Positions 62,449-64,000 of a stretch of DNA of 64,000 nt are shown piece after piece. Each line of letters begins with the position of its first letter. Within the stretch, counting starts at the first letter, position 1. The stretch is from an uncultured Methylomirabilota bacterium (GTDB lineage: Bacteria > Methylomirabilota > Methylomirabilia > Methylomirabilales > 2-02-FULL-66-22). Location of the stretch: positions 928,001-992,000 of the forward strand of contig CAWJSJ010000001.1 of NCBI GenBank assembly GCA_963845565.1, given 5' to 3'. The notes below the pieces were generated by a model. That model made no database searches. It saw only the letters and a list, made by a program, of their open reading frames with translations, and was not told where the DNA came from. The position numbers and the translations under genes were made by a program.

Positions 62449-63351
62449 CTACTCGGACGTCCGCCGCCAGGTGGGCGGAAGACCCGCCCGCCCCCGCTCC
62501 GGGCGACGCGCCGACTGCTCGATGCCGGCCAATACCAGGACCTCCGCGGCCGCCTCCTCGACCGACTTGTCGGTCACATCCACCAGCGGCCACCCCGCGC
62601 GCCCGCACAGGACACGCGCATACTCCAATTCGGCCCAGATCTGCCGCACGTCGGCATAAGGGAACTTCGGCGGGGTCTCCATCTGTTGGAGCCGGGAGCG
62701 TCGCAACTCCAGCAAGCGCTCCGGCTTGATCGTCAGCCCGATCACTTTGTGGACCGGGACACGCGTCAACTCCTCGGGAAGGGGCAAGCTGTGGACGATG
62801 GGGACGTTGGCCACCCGCAAGCCGCGCCAGGCGAGAAACATGCTCAGGGGCGTCTTGGAGGTGCGCGACACCCCGACCAGGACCAGGTCGGCCTGCAGCA
62901 ACCCCTCCGCCCCTTGCCCGTCGTCGTGGCGCACGGTGAAATCCATCACCTCGAAGCGCCGGCGATACTCCGCGTCCATGTCCCGAAAGAGGCCGGGCTT
63001 GGCCAGCGGCTGCAGCGCCAGGAGATCCTCGAGGCGCAGGAGGAGCGGCCCCAGCAAATCGATGGTCGGCACGCGCTGCGCCCGCGCCTCCGTGAGCATG
63101 ACGCTGCGCATCTCCGCAGAGACCAGCGTGTGCACGATGAGGCCGCCCACCTGGTGCGCTTCGCGCACGCACCGTCGCACATCCCCGGCGGTGCGGAGAT
63201 GGGACCGGACGTGGACGTGCACCTTCGCCCCGCGAAACTGCACCAGTGCAGCCCGGACCACCACCTCGGCGGTGTGCCCGGTGGCGTCCGACGCCACCAC
63301 GACCTGATGGGCCGAGGGTGCCGTCGCCGCGCCGGGCGCCTTGCGTCCCAT
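62449..63351 (-). CDS. pyruvate,phosphate/water dikinase regulatory protein (DUF299)
   Basis: SDATG.TA, HDDG, GVSRTSKTP, ANVP, SVEEAA. Confidence 0.93.
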   Translation of the reverse strand: MGRKAPGAATAPSAHQVVVASDATGHTAEVVVRAALVQFRGAKVHVHVRSHLRTAGDVRRCVREAHQVGGLIVHTLVSAEMRSVMLTEARAQRVPTIDLLGPLLLRLEDLLALQPLAKPGLFRDMDAEYRRRFEVMDFTVRHDDGQGAEGLLQADLVLVGVSRTSKTPLSMFLAWRGLRVANVPIVHSLPLPEELTRVPVHKVIGLTIKPERLLELRRSRLQQMETPPKFPYADVRQIWAELEYARVLCGRAGWPLVDVTDKSVEEAAAEVLVLAGIEQSARRPERGRAGLPPTWRRTSE

Positions 63352-64000
63352 CAGGCCGTCTCGAGGATGGGGTACGCCACGGCGGTGATATGGGAATTGA
63401 TCCGCTTCAAGTTGGTCAGGATGTCGAGATGGATCTCGCTGGTGTCGATCGACTCGCGAAATCCGGCGTGCAGTCGCTCGATATGCGCTTGGCGAAAGCG
63501 GCGCTCCGTCTGACTCAGTTCCAGCTTCCGCTCCAGCACCTGCTGCGCGAGGACCGGATCGTTGCTGGCGAAGGCGGCGATGGCCAACTCCAGGTTCTGC
63601 TGGACCTTTTTGTGAAGCAGGGCGATCTCCTGTGCCCCGGCCTCGGAAAAGCGCGCCCCCTTGTTGAGCTTCTTCTTCGCCAACTCCATCAGATTCTTGT
63701 CGACGATGTCCCCGATGTTTTCCAGGTTATTGACGAAGGAGAGGATCCCGATCTCGCGCTTGCTCTGCTCGCCGGTCAAGCTCTGCTGGGAGAGCTTGGT
63801 CAGGTAGTGCTTGATGTCGCGATCCAGGGTGTCCACTTGGTTGTCCCGCTCTTCGATCCGGTCGATCAGTTCGAGATCCTCGCGGGTGAACGTGTCGATG
63901 GTCTTGGCGAACATCTCGGACACGATGTCCGCCATGCGCAGCGCCTCGCGATGCGCCTGCCCCAGCGCCAGGGCCGGCGTGTCGAGCACCCGCTCGTCCA
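63351..64000 (-). CDS. Na/Pi cotransporter family protein, C-terminal PhoU-like domains (partial)
   Basis: LDTPALAL, LENIGD, H.ERL, TS.IHLD...LKRI.SH. Confidence 0.85.
   Translation of the reverse strand, partial: DERVLDTPALALGQAHREALRMADIVSEMFAKTIDTFTREDLELIDRIEERDNQVDTLDRDIKHYLTKLSQQSLTGEQSKREIGILSFVNNLENIGDIVDKNLMELAKKKLNKGARFSEAGAQEIALLHKKVQQNLELAIAAFASNDPVLAQQVLERKLELSQTERRFRQAHIERLHAGFRESIDTSEIHLDILTNLKRINSHITAVAYPILETA

Overview
High-GC bacterial chromosome segment; gene content and repeat style suggest an NC10/Methylomirabilota-like organism (inference only). 1-39.3 kb is largely accessory. It holds two TRAP-transporter catabolic clusters (D-aminoacylase/creatininase/D-Ala-D-Ala dipeptidase; aminotransferase/MlrC/oxidoreductase/GalM), an orphan glycyl radical enzyme with an atypical GCCNP Cys loop, an array of small membrane/secreted ORFs with related promoters and internal paralogs, an RND pump and several decayed remnants (AbiE-type TA, DUF2779, RAYT). 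39.4-64 kb is core-like: tRNA-fMet, MinD-like ATPase, rlmN, an SPFH/Zn-ribbon cluster, TPR lipoprotein, mltG, ruvX, a threonine synthase fused to a LeuA/CimA-type regulatory domain, a degP-sigma70-HD-GYP-pcm-yhaM-rhomboid run, tRNA-Leu, PpiC, GalT, PDRP and a Na/Pi transporter end. Two families of short intergenic repeats and two candidate structured RNAs were seen. Several single-base frameshifts in otherwise intact genes suggest sequencing error. No CRISPR array, rRNA or intact integrase is visible. All family calls are from motif recognition, not database searches.
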